From Verrucomicrobiota bacterium (GTDB lineage: Bacteria; Verrucomicrobiota; Verrucomicrobiia; Palsa-1439): a stretch of 64,000 nt of DNA. A program made the position numbers and the translations under genes. Within the stretch, counting starts at the first letter, position 1; every line of letters starts with the position of its first letter. The notes beneath the pieces are model-generated. The model was not told the DNA's origin, searched no databases, and worked only from the letters and a program-made list of their open reading frames with translations. Positions 18,319 to 27,984 of this stretch are shown here, piece by piece. Location of the stretch: positions 9,680 to 73,679 of the forward strand of contig PLTX01000034.1 of assembly GCA_003164675.1 (NCBI GenBank), given 5' to 3'.

Positions 18319-19410
18319 TCATGAGCCAATCTTCCTCTGCACGAGCACCTGGAACGTCCGGCCCATCATTTCGGGATGGAGAAGTTGCTGGATCGCCGCG
18401 CGTTCTTTGCTGGGTTGGCCGGCGGTGCGTTCGACAATCTCGGCAATCTCGGCCTCTCCGATCTGCAACAGGTAGTGTGACTGGTCGGTGAACAAAATCG
18501 GTTCAAGCCCGAGCTTCTTGCCATGTTCGATCAACGAGGTGAATTCGACGTGCGCCGTCATGTCTTGTTCGCCAATGTGCGCATACGGATTCTCGCTCTT
18601 GGTGTGTCGGAAATAGCACAGCAACGTGCCGTCGCGATGGTGCGGCGCGAAATACCTAGGCCGCTCGTAACCGTAGTCGATGGTGACGATCCACCCGCGT
18701 TTCAGTCGCTTTGCCACGTCCGCGAGCCAATCCATGGCGCGCAAGTTCACCTCGGTGCGATAGCCTTCCATGTGCTGAACGGGCAGGTCGCTCAGAAAGT
18801 CCGCCAGACGCGGCGTCGAGAGCGGCCCGAGGACTTCTTCAAAGAGCTTCAACCCCTCACCCGAACCCTCTCCCCCAAGGGGAGAGGGGCGAAGACTTCG
18901 CACATACACCTCCTGCCACGTTCCATCTTTTACCTGAACAACGTGAACCGGCAACGCGTCGAGAAACTCGTTGGAGAACACGCAACCGACAATCGAATCG
19001 GGAAGGGAATCACCCGTCTCGATGATGCGATATCGCAGGTCCGGGGTAGCCGCGAGGACGTCGGCGCGCAATTGGCCACGGTGTCCGCCAAACTCGACAA
19101 CCTCGAACTCGGCCGGGTTGCCCAATTCTCCTCGAAAATTCAGAAACTGTTTCGCGAGCAGTTTTCCAAACAGTGGCCCAACGCTCACGCTGGTGAAGAA
19201 ATCGCCGTGTTTCCCGACCTTTTCGCGACTGCCGATGTAATATCCGACTTGGGGGTGATACAGCGCCAGTTCCATGAATCGCTCGAAAGTGATCCGCCCG
19301 CCGCCCGCGTCGATTTCGCGCCGGATTTCACGAACCAAATCGGGATTGCCGTCCACGCGCCCACGATAGCCGAGCCGCGCGCGTGGATGAAGCCGAAAGA
19401 ACACTTGCAA
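18319..19410 (-). CDS. SAM-dependent methyltransferase, MidA/DUF185 family (NDUFAF7 homolog)
   Basis: ITFERFMELALYHPQVGYY..., VVEFGGHRGQL, FSNEFLDALPVH and IDYGY are MidA hallmarks. It is divergent from nuoA. Confidence 0.8.
   Translation of the reverse strand: MQVFFRLHPRARLGYRGRVDGNPDLVREIRREIDAGGGRITFERFMELALYHPQVGYYIGSREKVGKHGDFFTSVSVGPLFGKLLAKQFLNFRGELGNPAEFEVVEFGGHRGQLRADVLAATPDLRYRIIETGDSLPDSIVGCVFSNEFLDALPVHVVQVKDGTWQEVYVRSLRPSPLGGEGSGEGLKLFEEVLGPLSTPRLADFLSDLPVQHMEGYRTEVNLRAMDWLADVAKRLKRGWIVTIDYGYERPRYFAPHHRDGTLLCYFRHTKSENPYAHIGEQDMTAHVEFTSLIEHGKKLGLEPILFTDQSHYLLQIGEAEIAEIVERTAGQPSKERAAIQQLLHPEMMGRTFQVLVQRKIGS
18844..18881. repeat. REP-like palindromic element (family A: ccctcac...ccctctcccc-loop-ggggagaggg) embedded in-frame in the MidA-like CDS
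   Basis: A 10-bp perfect stem ccctctcccc/ggggagaggg with a caa loop at 18857-18879, preceded by cccctcaccc. It is translated as PSPLGGEGSGEG in the host gene. Confidence 0.6.
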
Positions 19411-19494
19411 GCGGTGCGAGTTTTGGTAGGTTCCTTGTGAAAAATGTCACAAAGTCCACCTGTTGGCGTGACGGGCGAACCGAGTGTAGTTTTC

Positions 19495-19965
19495 ATGGCT
19501 GAGCAATTACAACAGTACGTGCCTGTCGGGCTTCTATTGCTGGTTGCAATTGGATTTGCCGCCGCCGCCATGCTGGCGCCGCTGATTATCGGCAAGCCAC
19601 GCGTCCACGACCCGATCAAGGACAGCGCGTACGAGTGCGGTCTGCCGCCGATGGCCGATGCGCACACGCGTTTCAGCGTCAAATTCTACCTCATCGCGAT
19701 GTTGTTCATCATATTCGACATCGAAGTGGTGTTCATGTTGGGATGGGGCGCGGTGTTCCGCGACTTGATCAAACCCGTCGCCGAAGGCGGCATCGGTATA
19801 AAAATGCTGTTGGGGGCGCTGCTGTTTCTCGGAATTCTCGAAGTCGGCCACATTTACGCCTGGAAAAAGGGCGCACTCGACTGGGCTCCGCGCAAGGAAC
19901 GCATGCCCGAGCCAAAACCCGTTGCAGCGAAGGGAGAGAAGAAGCCGGAGTTGGTAGCGTCATGA
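19495..19965 (+). CDS. nuoA: NADH-quinone oxidoreductase subunit A
   Basis: YECGLPP...[25 protein letters not shown] is the NuoA signature. The ORF opens at 19444 but the ATG at 19495 is the likelier start. Confidence 0.8.
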   Translation: MAEQLQQYVPVGLLLLVAIGFAAAAMLAPLIIGKPRVHDPIKDSAYECGLPPMADAHTRFSVKFYLIAMLFIIFDIEVVFMLGWGAVFRDLIKPVAEGGIGIKMLLGALLFLGILEVGHIYAWKKGALDWAPRKERMPEPKPVAAKGEKKPELVAS

Positions 19966-20546
19966 GCCAACGGCTCGAAACCGGATTCGACCCCAAGGTG
20001 GAAGGCCGAGACGTGATTGTCACAAGCGTGGATGCCGCGATCGACTGGGTCCGCAAAAACTCCTGCTGGCCGATGCCGATGGGTCTCGCTTGTTGCGCGA
20101 TCGAATTGATGGCCGCGGGCGCCAGCCGCTTCGATATCGCGCGGTTCGGCTCGGAAGTGATGCGCTTCTCGCCGCGACAGTCCGACCTGATGATCGTGGC
20201 CGGCACCTGCGTGTACAAAATGGCGGGCGTGGTCAAGCGCGTATGGGACCAGATGCCCAACCCGAAGTGGTGTATTGCGATGGGCGCGTGTGCCAGTTCG
20301 GGCGGCATGTATCGCAGCTACGCCGTCGTGCAAGGGGTGGACCATTTTCTGCCCGTGGACGTGTATATCTCCGGTTGCCCGCCGCGTCCCGAAGCGCTCC
20401 TGGAAGGTTTGATGGCGATCCAGCGCAAGATCGCCCACGAGAAGGCCGTCGTGAATATGAAAAAGGGTGATGGCCCCGGGATTTCCGCTCCCATCAGCGG
20501 ACCGATCATCGTGCGTGGCGAATACGCGCCGAAGCTCAGGGGTTGA
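19962..20546 (+). CDS. nuoB: NADH-quinone oxidoreductase subunit B
   Basis: [15 protein letters not shown]...GTCVYKMAG...[12 protein letters not shown]...[16 protein letters not shown] overlap with nuoA. Confidence 0.9.
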   Translation: MSQRLETGFDPKVEGRDVIVTSVDAAIDWVRKNSCWPMPMGLACCAIELMAAGASRFDIARFGSEVMRFSPRQSDLMIVAGTCVYKMAGVVKRVWDQMPNPKWCIAMGACASSGGMYRSYAVVQGVDHFLPVDVYISGCPPRPEALLEGLMAIQRKIAHEKAVVNMKKGDGPGISAPISGPIIVRGEYAPKLRG

Positions 20547-20553
20547 CGACACG

Positions 20554-21186
20554 ATGACCCTGCAAGCGGCCATCGACAGATTGAAGGTGCGACTCGGGGA
20601 AGCGGTTTCCGGCCCCGTCGAATTCCGCGGCGAAACCACCCTCACCGTGTCGCCCGGGAAGATTGTCGCCGCCTGCGAATTCTTCAAGAAGGAATGCGGC
20701 TTCGACATGCTGACGGACCTTTCGGGCGTGGACAATTACGGCGAGGACCCGAGATACGAGGTCGACTACCTGTTGTACTCGCTGGCGCAACGGTGCCATG
20801 TGCGGTTGAAGGTGCGTGTGTCCGAGGAGGACATGGTGGTGGACAGCGTCACCAGCGTCTGGCGGGGAGCGGATTGGCACGAGCGCGAAGCGTTCGACAT
20901 GTTCGGCATCCGCTTTCGCGGACACCCGAACTTGAAACGCATCCTGATGTGGGAAGGCTATCCGCATCATCCGTTGCGAAAAGACTTCCCGCTCGCCGGC
21001 ATCCCGGCCGAACTGCCGGAGTCGGCGGTCAATGCCGACACGGTGCGCAGCGCGCCGATGTTGGGCGGGCCGTTCGTGGCTTCCGATGGCACGCGCAGTT
21101 CGATCCGCCGCGAGCCGCGCCAGTACGACACCCTTGCCGAGCGACAGGAGAAACTGGCGCACCCGACAAAGAAGGAATCGGTATGA
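20554..21186 (+). CDS. nuoC: NADH-quinone oxidoreductase subunit C
   Basis: WHEREAFDMFGIRFRGHPNLKRILMWEGYPHHPLRKDFPL. Confidence 0.85.
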   Translation: MTLQAAIDRLKVRLGEAVSGPVEFRGETTLTVSPGKIVAACEFFKKECGFDMLTDLSGVDNYGEDPRYEVDYLLYSLAQRCHVRLKVRVSEEDMVVDSVTSVWRGADWHEREAFDMFGIRFRGHPNLKRILMWEGYPHHPLRKDFPLAGIPAELPESAVNADTVRSAPMLGGPFVASDGTRSSIRREPRQYDTLAERQEKLAHPTKKESV

Positions 21187-21188
21187 AA

Positions 21189-21248
21189 TTGTAGCCGCGA
21201 AACTTTTTCGCGGCAATTGAATGACCGCGAATGTGATTCGCGGCTACA
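21189..21248. repeat. Palindromic repeat family C (tgtagccgcgaa ... ttcgcggctaca nested hairpins) in the nuoC-nuoD spacer
   Basis: ttgtagccgcgaa-actttt-ttcgcggca-attgaatg-accgcgaa-tgtga-ttcgcggctaca. A second copy with the same architecture is at 38367..38425. Confidence 0.6.
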
Positions 21249-21254
21249 AATGAT

Positions 21255-22493
21255 ATGACCACGAAGCATGAAATGGAGTTGATCGATTCCGCCGCTCGCG
21301 CGCAGCAGGTGATGGAAGAAGAGCTGGCCGGCGAGAAGATGGTCATCAACATGGGGCCGCAGCACCCGAGCACGCACGGGGTGTTGCGCGTCGTGCTCGA
21401 ACTCGACGGCGAAGAGATCGTCAACGCCTGGCCGGATGTCGGTTACCTGCATCGCGGCGACGAGAAGATCGCCGAGAACATGACGTACACGCAGTTCATT
21501 CCGTATACCGACCGCCTCGATTATCTGGCGCCGCTGGCCAACAATGTCACCTATGCCTACGCCGTCGAGAAACTGCTGGGGATGGATGTGCCGCCGCGCT
21601 GCAAATACATTCGCGTCATCTGCGCGGAACTCGCGCGTATCAGTTCGCATCTGCTCGGCCTGGGCAGCTTCGGCATGGATGTCGGGGCGATGACCGTGTT
21701 CCTCTACACGTTTCGCGAACGCGAGAAGATTTACGACATGGCCGAATGCATCAGCGGCGCGCGGTTCACGACCAGCTACACCCGCATCGGCGGACTGGCG
21801 CACGATATGCCGCCGGAGTTCGTGCCGATGCTGCGCAAGTTTCTGAAGGAATTTCCTGCGACCATTGATGAGGTCGACAAACTGCTCACGCGCAATCGAA
21901 TTTTCTGCGAGCGCGCGCGTGGGATCGGGATGCTTACGAAGGCAGACGCGATTGATCTCGGAGTCACGGGTCCATGCCTGCGCGGATCGGGCGTGGATTG
22001 GGATATCCGCAAGGCACATCCCTACAGCAGCTATGAGGATTTCGAATTTGAGGTGCCCCTTGGCTCGGTCGGGGACAGTTACGACCGCTATCTGGTGCGC
22101 ATGGAGGAGATGCGGCAGAGCGTGCGCATTCTCCAGCAGGCCATCGATAATCTGCCCGATGGCCCGGTGAATTCGCCGGACGCCAAGATTCTGCTGCCGG
22201 ACAAGGAAGCCGTGCTGACGAAAATGGAGGAGTTGATTCATCACTTCATCAACGTCACGGAAGGCATCAACGCGCCTCCGGGCGAGGTCTATTTCTCCGC
22301 GGAAAATCCGAAGGGCGAACTCGGGTTCTACATCGTCAGTAAAGGAGGCGGCACGCCACATCGCTTGAAGATTCGTTCACCGTCGTTCGTCAACCTGCAG
22401 GCGCTGCCCATCATGGCCAAAGGCCACATGATGAGCGACATGGTCACCATCCTCGCGAGCCTCGATTTCGTGATGGGAGAGTGCGACCGGTAG
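21255..22493 (+). CDS. nuoD: NADH-quinone oxidoreductase subunit D
   Basis: INMGPQHPSTHGVLRVVLELDGE and the C-terminus of the 49-kDa subunit. Confidence 0.9.
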   Translation: MTTKHEMELIDSAARAQQVMEEELAGEKMVINMGPQHPSTHGVLRVVLELDGEEIVNAWPDVGYLHRGDEKIAENMTYTQFIPYTDRLDYLAPLANNVTYAYAVEKLLGMDVPPRCKYIRVICAELARISSHLLGLGSFGMDVGAMTVFLYTFREREKIYDMAECISGARFTTSYTRIGGLAHDMPPEFVPMLRKFLKEFPATIDEVDKLLTRNRIFCERARGIGMLTKADAIDLGVTGPCLRGSGVDWDIRKAHPYSSYEDFEFEVPLGSVGDSYDRYLVRMEEMRQSVRILQQAIDNLPDGPVNSPDAKILLPDKEAVLTKMEELIHHFINVTEGINAPPGEVYFSAENPKGELGFYIVSKGGGTPHRLKIRSPSFVNLQALPIMAKGHMMSDMVTILASLDFVMGECDR

Positions 22494-22508
22494 GCATCTG
22501 ATTTTTCA

Positions 22509-24320
22509 ATGGCACTGAACGTTCCAACAGAACTCGAGCAGCACATCGACGAGGTCATCACGCACTACCCGCAGCAGCACAAACGGGCGGCGGTGCTGTG
22601 GCTGTTGCATCTTTTGCAGGAACATTTCGGCCACCTCGGCAAGGAGCAGGTCGAGTGGACCGCGACAAAACTCGGCTTGCAGCCGATCAACGTGTGGGAG
22701 TTGATCACGTTCTACCCGATGTTCACGGCCAAACCGCGGGGCAAGTTCCACATCAAGGTGTGCCGCACGCTTTCGTGCGAACTCTGCGGTTGTGGCGGCA
22801 TCCTCGAACGATTGCAAAGGAAACTCGGCGTCAAGCCGGATGAGAACACGAGCGATGGTCTGTTCACGATTTCCACGGTCGAATGTCTGGCGGCCTGCGG
22901 CACCGGCCCGGTGATGATGGTCAACGACGAGTTGTTTGAAAACCTCACGCCCGACAAGGCCGAGGCGATCATCAACCGGATCAAGACCACGGGCAAACTG
23001 GAGCCGCAACCATTGCCGCCCGTATTGCCCGCTCATCCGTTGGAGAAGCGCGTCCTGCTGGCCAACATGAGCAAGCCCGGGTACAAGGGCGCGATCGAGG
23101 ACTACATTCGCGAGGGCGGCTATAAGGCGTTGCCGAAAGCGCTCGGCATGAAACCCGAAGAGATCGTGGCCGAGGTCAAGAACAGCGGGGTTCGTGGGCG
23201 AGGCGGCGCGGGTTTCCCCTGCGGCATGAAGTGGAGTTTTCTCGCCAAGGGCGCCGGCCAGCCAATTTATCTGGTTTGTAACGCCGACGAGTCTGAGCCC
23301 GGCACGTTCAAGGACCGGCAGCTTCTCCATTACGATCCGCACCAGCTTATCGAAGGCATCCTCGTATCCTGCTACGCCGTCGGCGCGCATGCCGCATACA
23401 TTTACATCCGGGGCGAGATGCCCTATGGCGCGAAGATTCTCATCAGGGCCATCGAAGAGGCGCGCGCAAGGAATTTCCTGGGTAAGAACATTCTTCGCAA
23501 GGGGTTCGACTGCGAGATTTTCGTGCATCGAGGCGCGGGCGCGTACATCTGTGGTGAGGAAACCGGTCTCATTGAATCGCTGGAAGGCAAGCGCGCTTAT
23601 CCGCGCATCAAGCCGCCGTTCCCGGCGGTGGTCGGACTGTTCGGCTGTCCGACCGTCGTGAACAACGTCGAGACACTGTCGAATATCCCGCATATCATCA
23701 ACAATGGCGCGGCGTGGTTCAGGGGAATGGGGGTGCCCGGCTCCACCGGCACGCGCTTGGTTTGCGTCAGCGGCCCGGTGAAACGGCCCGGCTACTACGA
23801 GTTCGAGATGGGCAAGCTGACGATGCGCCAACTCATTTACGATTTGTGCGGCGGACTCCAGGAGGGTCGCCAACTGAAGGGCGTTGTGCCGGGCGGCAGC
23901 TCGATGCCCGTGCTGAAAGCCGACCAGATTGATGTGGCGCTGGATTTCGAATCACTCCGCAAGGCCGGCACGATGGCCGGCTCGGGTGGCGTGATCGTGC
24001 TGGATGATACGGTCGATATCGTGCAGAGCACGCTCAATGTCGCGCAGTTTTACGCGCACGAATCCTGCGGCCAGTGCACGCCGTGCCGCGAAGGCACGCT
24101 GTGGATGGAGAAAATGCTCCACCGCGTCAAACACGGCCACGGTCGCCCCGAAGACGTGGATTTGCTGTGGGACGTCGCCGACAACGTCGACGGCAAGACG
24201 ATCTGCCCGCTCGGCGAAGCGGTCGCCTGGCCCGTGAAAGCTTTCGTCACGAAATACCGCGGCGAGTTTGAGAAGGCATGCAAGAAGAATGGAAAGGAAG
24301 CCACAGATGAACACAGATAA
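22509..24320 (+). CDS. nuoEF: Fused NADH-quinone oxidoreductase subunits E and F (NuoE-NuoF single polypeptide)
   Basis: The N-terminal 160 aa is NuoE (2Fe-2S Cys: CRTLSCELCGCGG ... CLAACGTGP). A linker leads into NuoF (GRGGAGFPCGMKW, FMN/NADH sites, ESCGQCTPCREG 4Fe-4S). 603 aa with no internal stop. Confidence 0.85.
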   Translation: MALNVPTELEQHIDEVITHYPQQHKRAAVLWLLHLLQEHFGHLGKEQVEWTATKLGLQPINVWELITFYPMFTAKPRGKFHIKVCRTLSCELCGCGGILERLQRKLGVKPDENTSDGLFTISTVECLAACGTGPVMMVNDELFENLTPDKAEAIINRIKTTGKLEPQPLPPVLPAHPLEKRVLLANMSKPGYKGAIEDYIREGGYKALPKALGMKPEEIVAEVKNSGVRGRGGAGFPCGMKWSFLAKGAGQPIYLVCNADESEPGTFKDRQLLHYDPHQLIEGILVSCYAVGAHAAYIYIRGEMPYGAKILIRAIEEARARNFLGKNILRKGFDCEIFVHRGAGAYICGEETGLIESLEGKRAYPRIKPPFPAVVGLFGCPTVVNNVETLSNIPHIINNGAAWFRGMGVPGSTGTRLVCVSGPVKRPGYYEFEMGKLTMRQLIYDLCGGLQEGRQLKGVVPGGSSMPVLKADQIDVALDFESLRKAGTMAGSGGVIVLDDTVDIVQSTLNVAQFYAHESCGQCTPCREGTLWMEKMLHRVKHGHGRPEDVDLLWDVADNVDGKTICPLGEAVAWPVKAFVTKYRGEFEKACKKNGKEATDEHR

Positions 24321-24561
24321 ACGCAGATGTTGTAGCGGCACTTCTGCGAAGCGCCGATCTGTGTCCCATCGGTGTAAATCTGTGGCTGACAAGACCGCGA
24401 TTCGTTGGGTGACTGCTCCGCAATCATCGTTACCCGGCGCGCCCGCCGTCCAGGGTGTTGCCCTTGCGCCCGGCAAGGATGTGGAGTGGTTCTGGACGCA
24501 CACGCCCAGCGGCAGCTACGTCAGCGGGTACAACATCGTTCGGGCGCGGACTCCCAAAGCT

Positions 24562-24646
24562 GTCATTCTGAGCGAAGCGAAGAATCTCAGTCGTTCCGGT
24601 CGCGCAGGGAAACGACAGAGACCCTTCACTGCGCTCAGGGTGACAG
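24562..24646. repeat. MITE-like element family B (imperfect TIRs gtcattctgagcgaagcgaagaatctc / gagacccttcactgcgctcagggtgac; 'HPERSEGS'-type repeat) in the nuoEF-nuoG spacer
   Basis: About 85 bp. A near-identical copy is at 27985..28074. It translates as HPERSEGS in one frame, which accounts for the spurious ORFs 24430..24681(-) and 27807..28025(+). Confidence 0.65.
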
Positions 24647-24669
24647 ACTCTGAAATCGAGTGATCGAGA

Positions 24670-26376
24670 ATGGCAGAGCAAACAGTCAAACTAACGATCG
24701 ACGGCAAAGAGGTCGCAGCCCCGAAGGGAATGAACCTGATCGAGGCGGCGAAGCTCGCGGGCATCGAGGTGCCGCATTATTGCTATCACCCGAAGCTGGC
24801 GGTGGTCGGCAACTGCCGCATGTGCCTCGTCGACGTCGGCATGCCGAAGATGGGCCTCGACAAGAAGCCGGAGATCGGCCCGGACAGTAAGCCCGTGATC
24901 ATGTTTGGGCCGAAACTTACCATCGGCTGCAATACGTCCGTTGCCGAAGGCATGGTCGTGCACACGCGTTCGCCGAAAGTGATCAAGGCGCGGGAAGGCG
25001 TGATGGAGTTTCTGCTGATCAATCACCCGCTCGATTGTCCGATCTGCGACCAAGCGGGCGAATGCCGGCTGCAGGAGTTCAGCGTCGACTACGGCAAGGG
25101 CCAGAGCCGTTTTGTGGAAGAAAAGGTCCACAAACCGAAGAAGACGGAAATCGGCCCGAAGATCATGCTCGACGACGAGCGATGCATCCTTTGCTCACGG
25201 TGCGTCCGCTTCATGAGGGACGTGGCGGGTCAGGATTGTCTGGGTTTCGTGAATCGCGGCAGTTATTCCACACTCACCTGTTACCCCGGCATGGAACCGA
25301 ACACGAATTACGATCTCAATATCACCGACATTTGCCCCGTCGGCGCGCTCACAGCGAATGACTTCCGTTTCAAACAGCGCGTGTGGTTCCTCAAGGAGAC
25401 CAAGAGCGTGTGCCCAAATTGCGCGACGGGCTGCAATACCGTCTTGTGGTCGCGGGAAGGCGTCGTGCACCGACAGACGCCGCGCGACAATGATGCGGTC
25501 AATCAATGCTGGATGTGCGATTCGGGCCGGCTACACTACAAGTTTATCAATGATCCCCATCGCATTACCACGCCGACCGTAAAGTCGTCGGCGATGGGCG
25601 AGCGCCTTGCTTTGACGTGGCCCGAGGCGACGCGGCAAATCGCGGAGAAACTTATGCCGCTGAAGGGCAAGGGGTCGACAATCGCGGCCATCGGGACCGC
25701 GCGCGCGACGACCGAGGAGCTGTTCCTGTTCAACAAACTCATGCGTGAAATTCTGGGCGCCGAGTTGGTGGATTGCGTGCCCCACGTTGGCGAAGCCGAT
25801 AAATTCCTGCTCGATGCCGACCGCAATCCAAACACGAATGGCGCGAAGCTAACAGGCGTTGCGGGCGAACCGATTGGCAGCCGGATTCCGGCCATTGCCG
25901 AAGCAATCAAGTCGGGCAAGATCAAGACGCTCATCGTTCACGGCGAGAATGTTGTGAAATACGGGGTCACGGAGGAATTGCTCGCGAAGTTGGATTTGCT
26001 GGTGGTCATCGACACCCTGCCAAACAAGGTGACGGAACTGGCGCACTATGTCTTGCCCGGCGCGACCTTCGCGGAAAAGCGCGGCACGTTCATTAATGCC
26101 AGGAACCGCCTGCAACGCTTGAACGCGGCGATCCCATCGCCCGGCATCGCGCGGCCGGAATGGCAGACGTTCGCGGCGCTGCTGAACGAACTGGGCGGTG
26201 ATGGCGGCTACCTGACGATTGAAGATGTGTTCGCCGACATGGCGCGCTTGCTCGCGCCGTTGGCAGGACTGAATCTTTCCAAGATTGGCGATCTCGGTGT
26301 TGAACTGAAGCCCGCGACCGAAACAAAAGGTGAGGCGAAGACCGAGTCCACCGCCGCCGCGGGAGCGAAGACATGA
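24670..26376 (+). CDS. nuoG: NADH-quinone oxidoreductase subunit G (short 75-kDa form)
   Basis: 2Fe-2S N-terminus (YCYHPKLAVVGNCRMCLVDV), HPLDCPICDQAGECRLQ, CILCSRCVRF. Confidence 0.9.
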   Translation: MAEQTVKLTIDGKEVAAPKGMNLIEAAKLAGIEVPHYCYHPKLAVVGNCRMCLVDVGMPKMGLDKKPEIGPDSKPVIMFGPKLTIGCNTSVAEGMVVHTRSPKVIKAREGVMEFLLINHPLDCPICDQAGECRLQEFSVDYGKGQSRFVEEKVHKPKKTEIGPKIMLDDERCILCSRCVRFMRDVAGQDCLGFVNRGSYSTLTCYPGMEPNTNYDLNITDICPVGALTANDFRFKQRVWFLKETKSVCPNCATGCNTVLWSREGVVHRQTPRDNDAVNQCWMCDSGRLHYKFINDPHRITTPTVKSSAMGERLALTWPEATRQIAEKLMPLKGKGSTIAAIGTARATTEELFLFNKLMREILGAELVDCVPHVGEADKFLLDADRNPNTNGAKLTGVAGEPIGSRIPAIAEAIKSGKIKTLIVHGENVVKYGVTEELLAKLDLLVVIDTLPNKVTELAHYVLPGATFAEKRGTFINARNRLQRLNAAIPSPGIARPEWQTFAALLNELGGDGGYLTIEDVFADMARLLAPLAGLNLSKIGDLGVELKPATETKGEAKTESTAAAGAKT

Positions 26377-27410
26377 TTCCATTGCTGCTCATTCATCTCA
26401 TCAAGATTGCCTGTGTCATCGGTGTGATGCTTGGCATCGTTGCCTACACCGTGCTGGCGGAACGCAAGATTTGCGCGTGGATGCAGGATCGCATCGGTCC
26501 CAATCGGGTCGGGCCATTCGGCCTTTTGCAGCCCGTAGCCGATGGTTTGAAGTTCATTTTCAAAGAGGACGTGCTTCCGCATCACGTCAACAAGGTGTAT
26601 TTCACATTGGCACCCATGATTGCCATGATCCCCGCGCTGATCACGATCGCGGTGGTGCCGTGGGGTAGCCAGTTGGTGATTCCCAGCGTGTCGCACGATC
26701 CGATCCCGGGCGTGATTGCCAACCTGAATGTCGGCATCCTGTTCGTGTTCGCCATTTCCTCACTCGGCGTGTACGGCATCGTGCTGGCGGGATGGTCGAG
26801 CAACTCGAAGTATCCGTTCCTCGGCGGCATCCGATCGAGCGCGCAGATGATTTCCTACGAAGTTTGCCTCGGATTGAGCGTGGTACCGGTGTTCATGCAG
26901 GTCGGCTCGCTCAATCTCATGAAGGTGGTTGAATACCAGGCGCAGCACACATGGCTGGGGTTCACCCAGCCGCTGTCGTGTTTCATTTTCCTTGTGAGCG
27001 CGTTTGCCGAGACCAACCGCCTGCCGTTCGATTTGCCGGAGGCGGAACAGGAACTGGTCGGCGGATACCACACCGAGTACAGCTCCATGAAGTTCGCGAT
27101 GTTCTTTCTCGGTGAGTACGCCGCGATGTTCATGGCCTCGGCGCTGATGGCGACGCTGTTTTTCGGCGGTTGGTCGCTGCCGTTCGCGCCGTTCAACGCG
27201 CCCGCGCAAACCTTGACGGTGGGTTTGATTCACATCGGCATCTTCCTGGCGAAGGTGTGCGGTTTCCTGTTCTTCTTCATTTGGGTGCGGTGGACGATCC
27301 CGCGATTCCGTTATGACCAACTGATGACGTTGGGATGGAAGATATTCATCCCGCTGACGCTGTTGAATATTCTCATTTCCGGAGTCGTGCTGGCGGTGAT
27401 CACGAAATGA
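26373..27410 (+). CDS. nuoH: NADH-quinone oxidoreductase subunit H
   Basis: [32 protein letters not shown], polytopic membrane protein. Confidence 0.9.
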   Translation: MIPLLLIHLIKIACVIGVMLGIVAYTVLAERKICAWMQDRIGPNRVGPFGLLQPVADGLKFIFKEDVLPHHVNKVYFTLAPMIAMIPALITIAVVPWGSQLVIPSVSHDPIPGVIANLNVGILFVFAISSLGVYGIVLAGWSSNSKYPFLGGIRSSAQMISYEVCLGLSVVPVFMQVGSLNLMKVVEYQAQHTWLGFTQPLSCFIFLVSAFAETNRLPFDLPEAEQELVGGYHTEYSSMKFAMFFLGEYAAMFMASALMATLFFGGWSLPFAPFNAPAQTLTVGLIHIGIFLAKVCGFLFFFIWVRWTIPRFRYDQLMTLGWKIFIPLTLLNILISGVVLAVITK

Positions 27411-27973
27411 CCATGCAAGTCGAACGTCCAAAACTGACGATTTGGGAGCGGACGTATCTCCCGCAGATTCTGCACGGGCTGTGGTTGACGTTGAAACACA
27501 TCCCGCAGCGAAAGTTTACTCGTCAATATCCGGAGGAGAAACCGCCGCTCCATGGCGCGTATCGCGGCGCGCCGACGTTGGTCAAGGACCCGGAGGGGCG
27601 GGTCAAATGCGTTTCGTGCCAGTTGTGCGAATTCGTCTGTCCGCCGAAAGCGATCCGCATCACCCCGCGCGCGCGACCGGAGGATGTTCCGGACGCCAAT
27701 GTCGAAAAAGAACCCGAGGATTTCGTCATCGATATGTTGCGCTGCATTTATTGCGGGTACTGTGAGGAAGTGTGTCCCGAGGAAGCAATTTTCCTGAAGC
27801 AGGATTTTGCCATCGCGGGCTACACGCGCGAAGAATTGCGGTTTCACAAGGAGAAGTTGCTGGAATTGGGAGGCGTGCAACCGGACTCCATTTGGAAATG
27901 GAAATTCAAGGGGGCGCCGCCGCTGGATGCGCCGGGTGCGCCGAAGCGTGAGGGGGCTGGTCGGAAAGGATGA
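27407..27973 (+). CDS. nuoI: NADH-quinone oxidoreductase subunit I
   Basis: Two 4Fe-4S motifs CVSCQLCEFVCP and CIYCGYCEEVCP. ATGA overlap with nuoH. Confidence 0.9.
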   Translation: MTMQVERPKLTIWERTYLPQILHGLWLTLKHIPQRKFTRQYPEEKPPLHGAYRGAPTLVKDPEGRVKCVSCQLCEFVCPPKAIRITPRARPEDVPDANVEKEPEDFVIDMLRCIYCGYCEEVCPEEAIFLKQDFAIAGYTREELRFHKEKLLELGGVQPDSIWKWKFKGAPPLDAPGAPKREGAGRKG

Positions 27974-27984
27974 ATTCCCGATTT

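Noticed and set aside
18711-19025. 104-aa plus-strand ORF containing PLPQGERGED
   Set aside because: Antisense to the MidA-like gene. The peptide is simply the translation of the REP-like hairpin.
22506-23873. 455-aa minus-strand ORF (also 19854..20735, 20967..22361, 25849..26382 and 32203..33777 minus)
   Set aside because: Antisense to nuo genes with strong homology.
24430-24681. Short ORFs encoding HPERSEGS (also 27807..28025 and 27844..28497)
   Set aside because: Read-through of the family-B MITE-like repeat. Repeat-derived, not genes.
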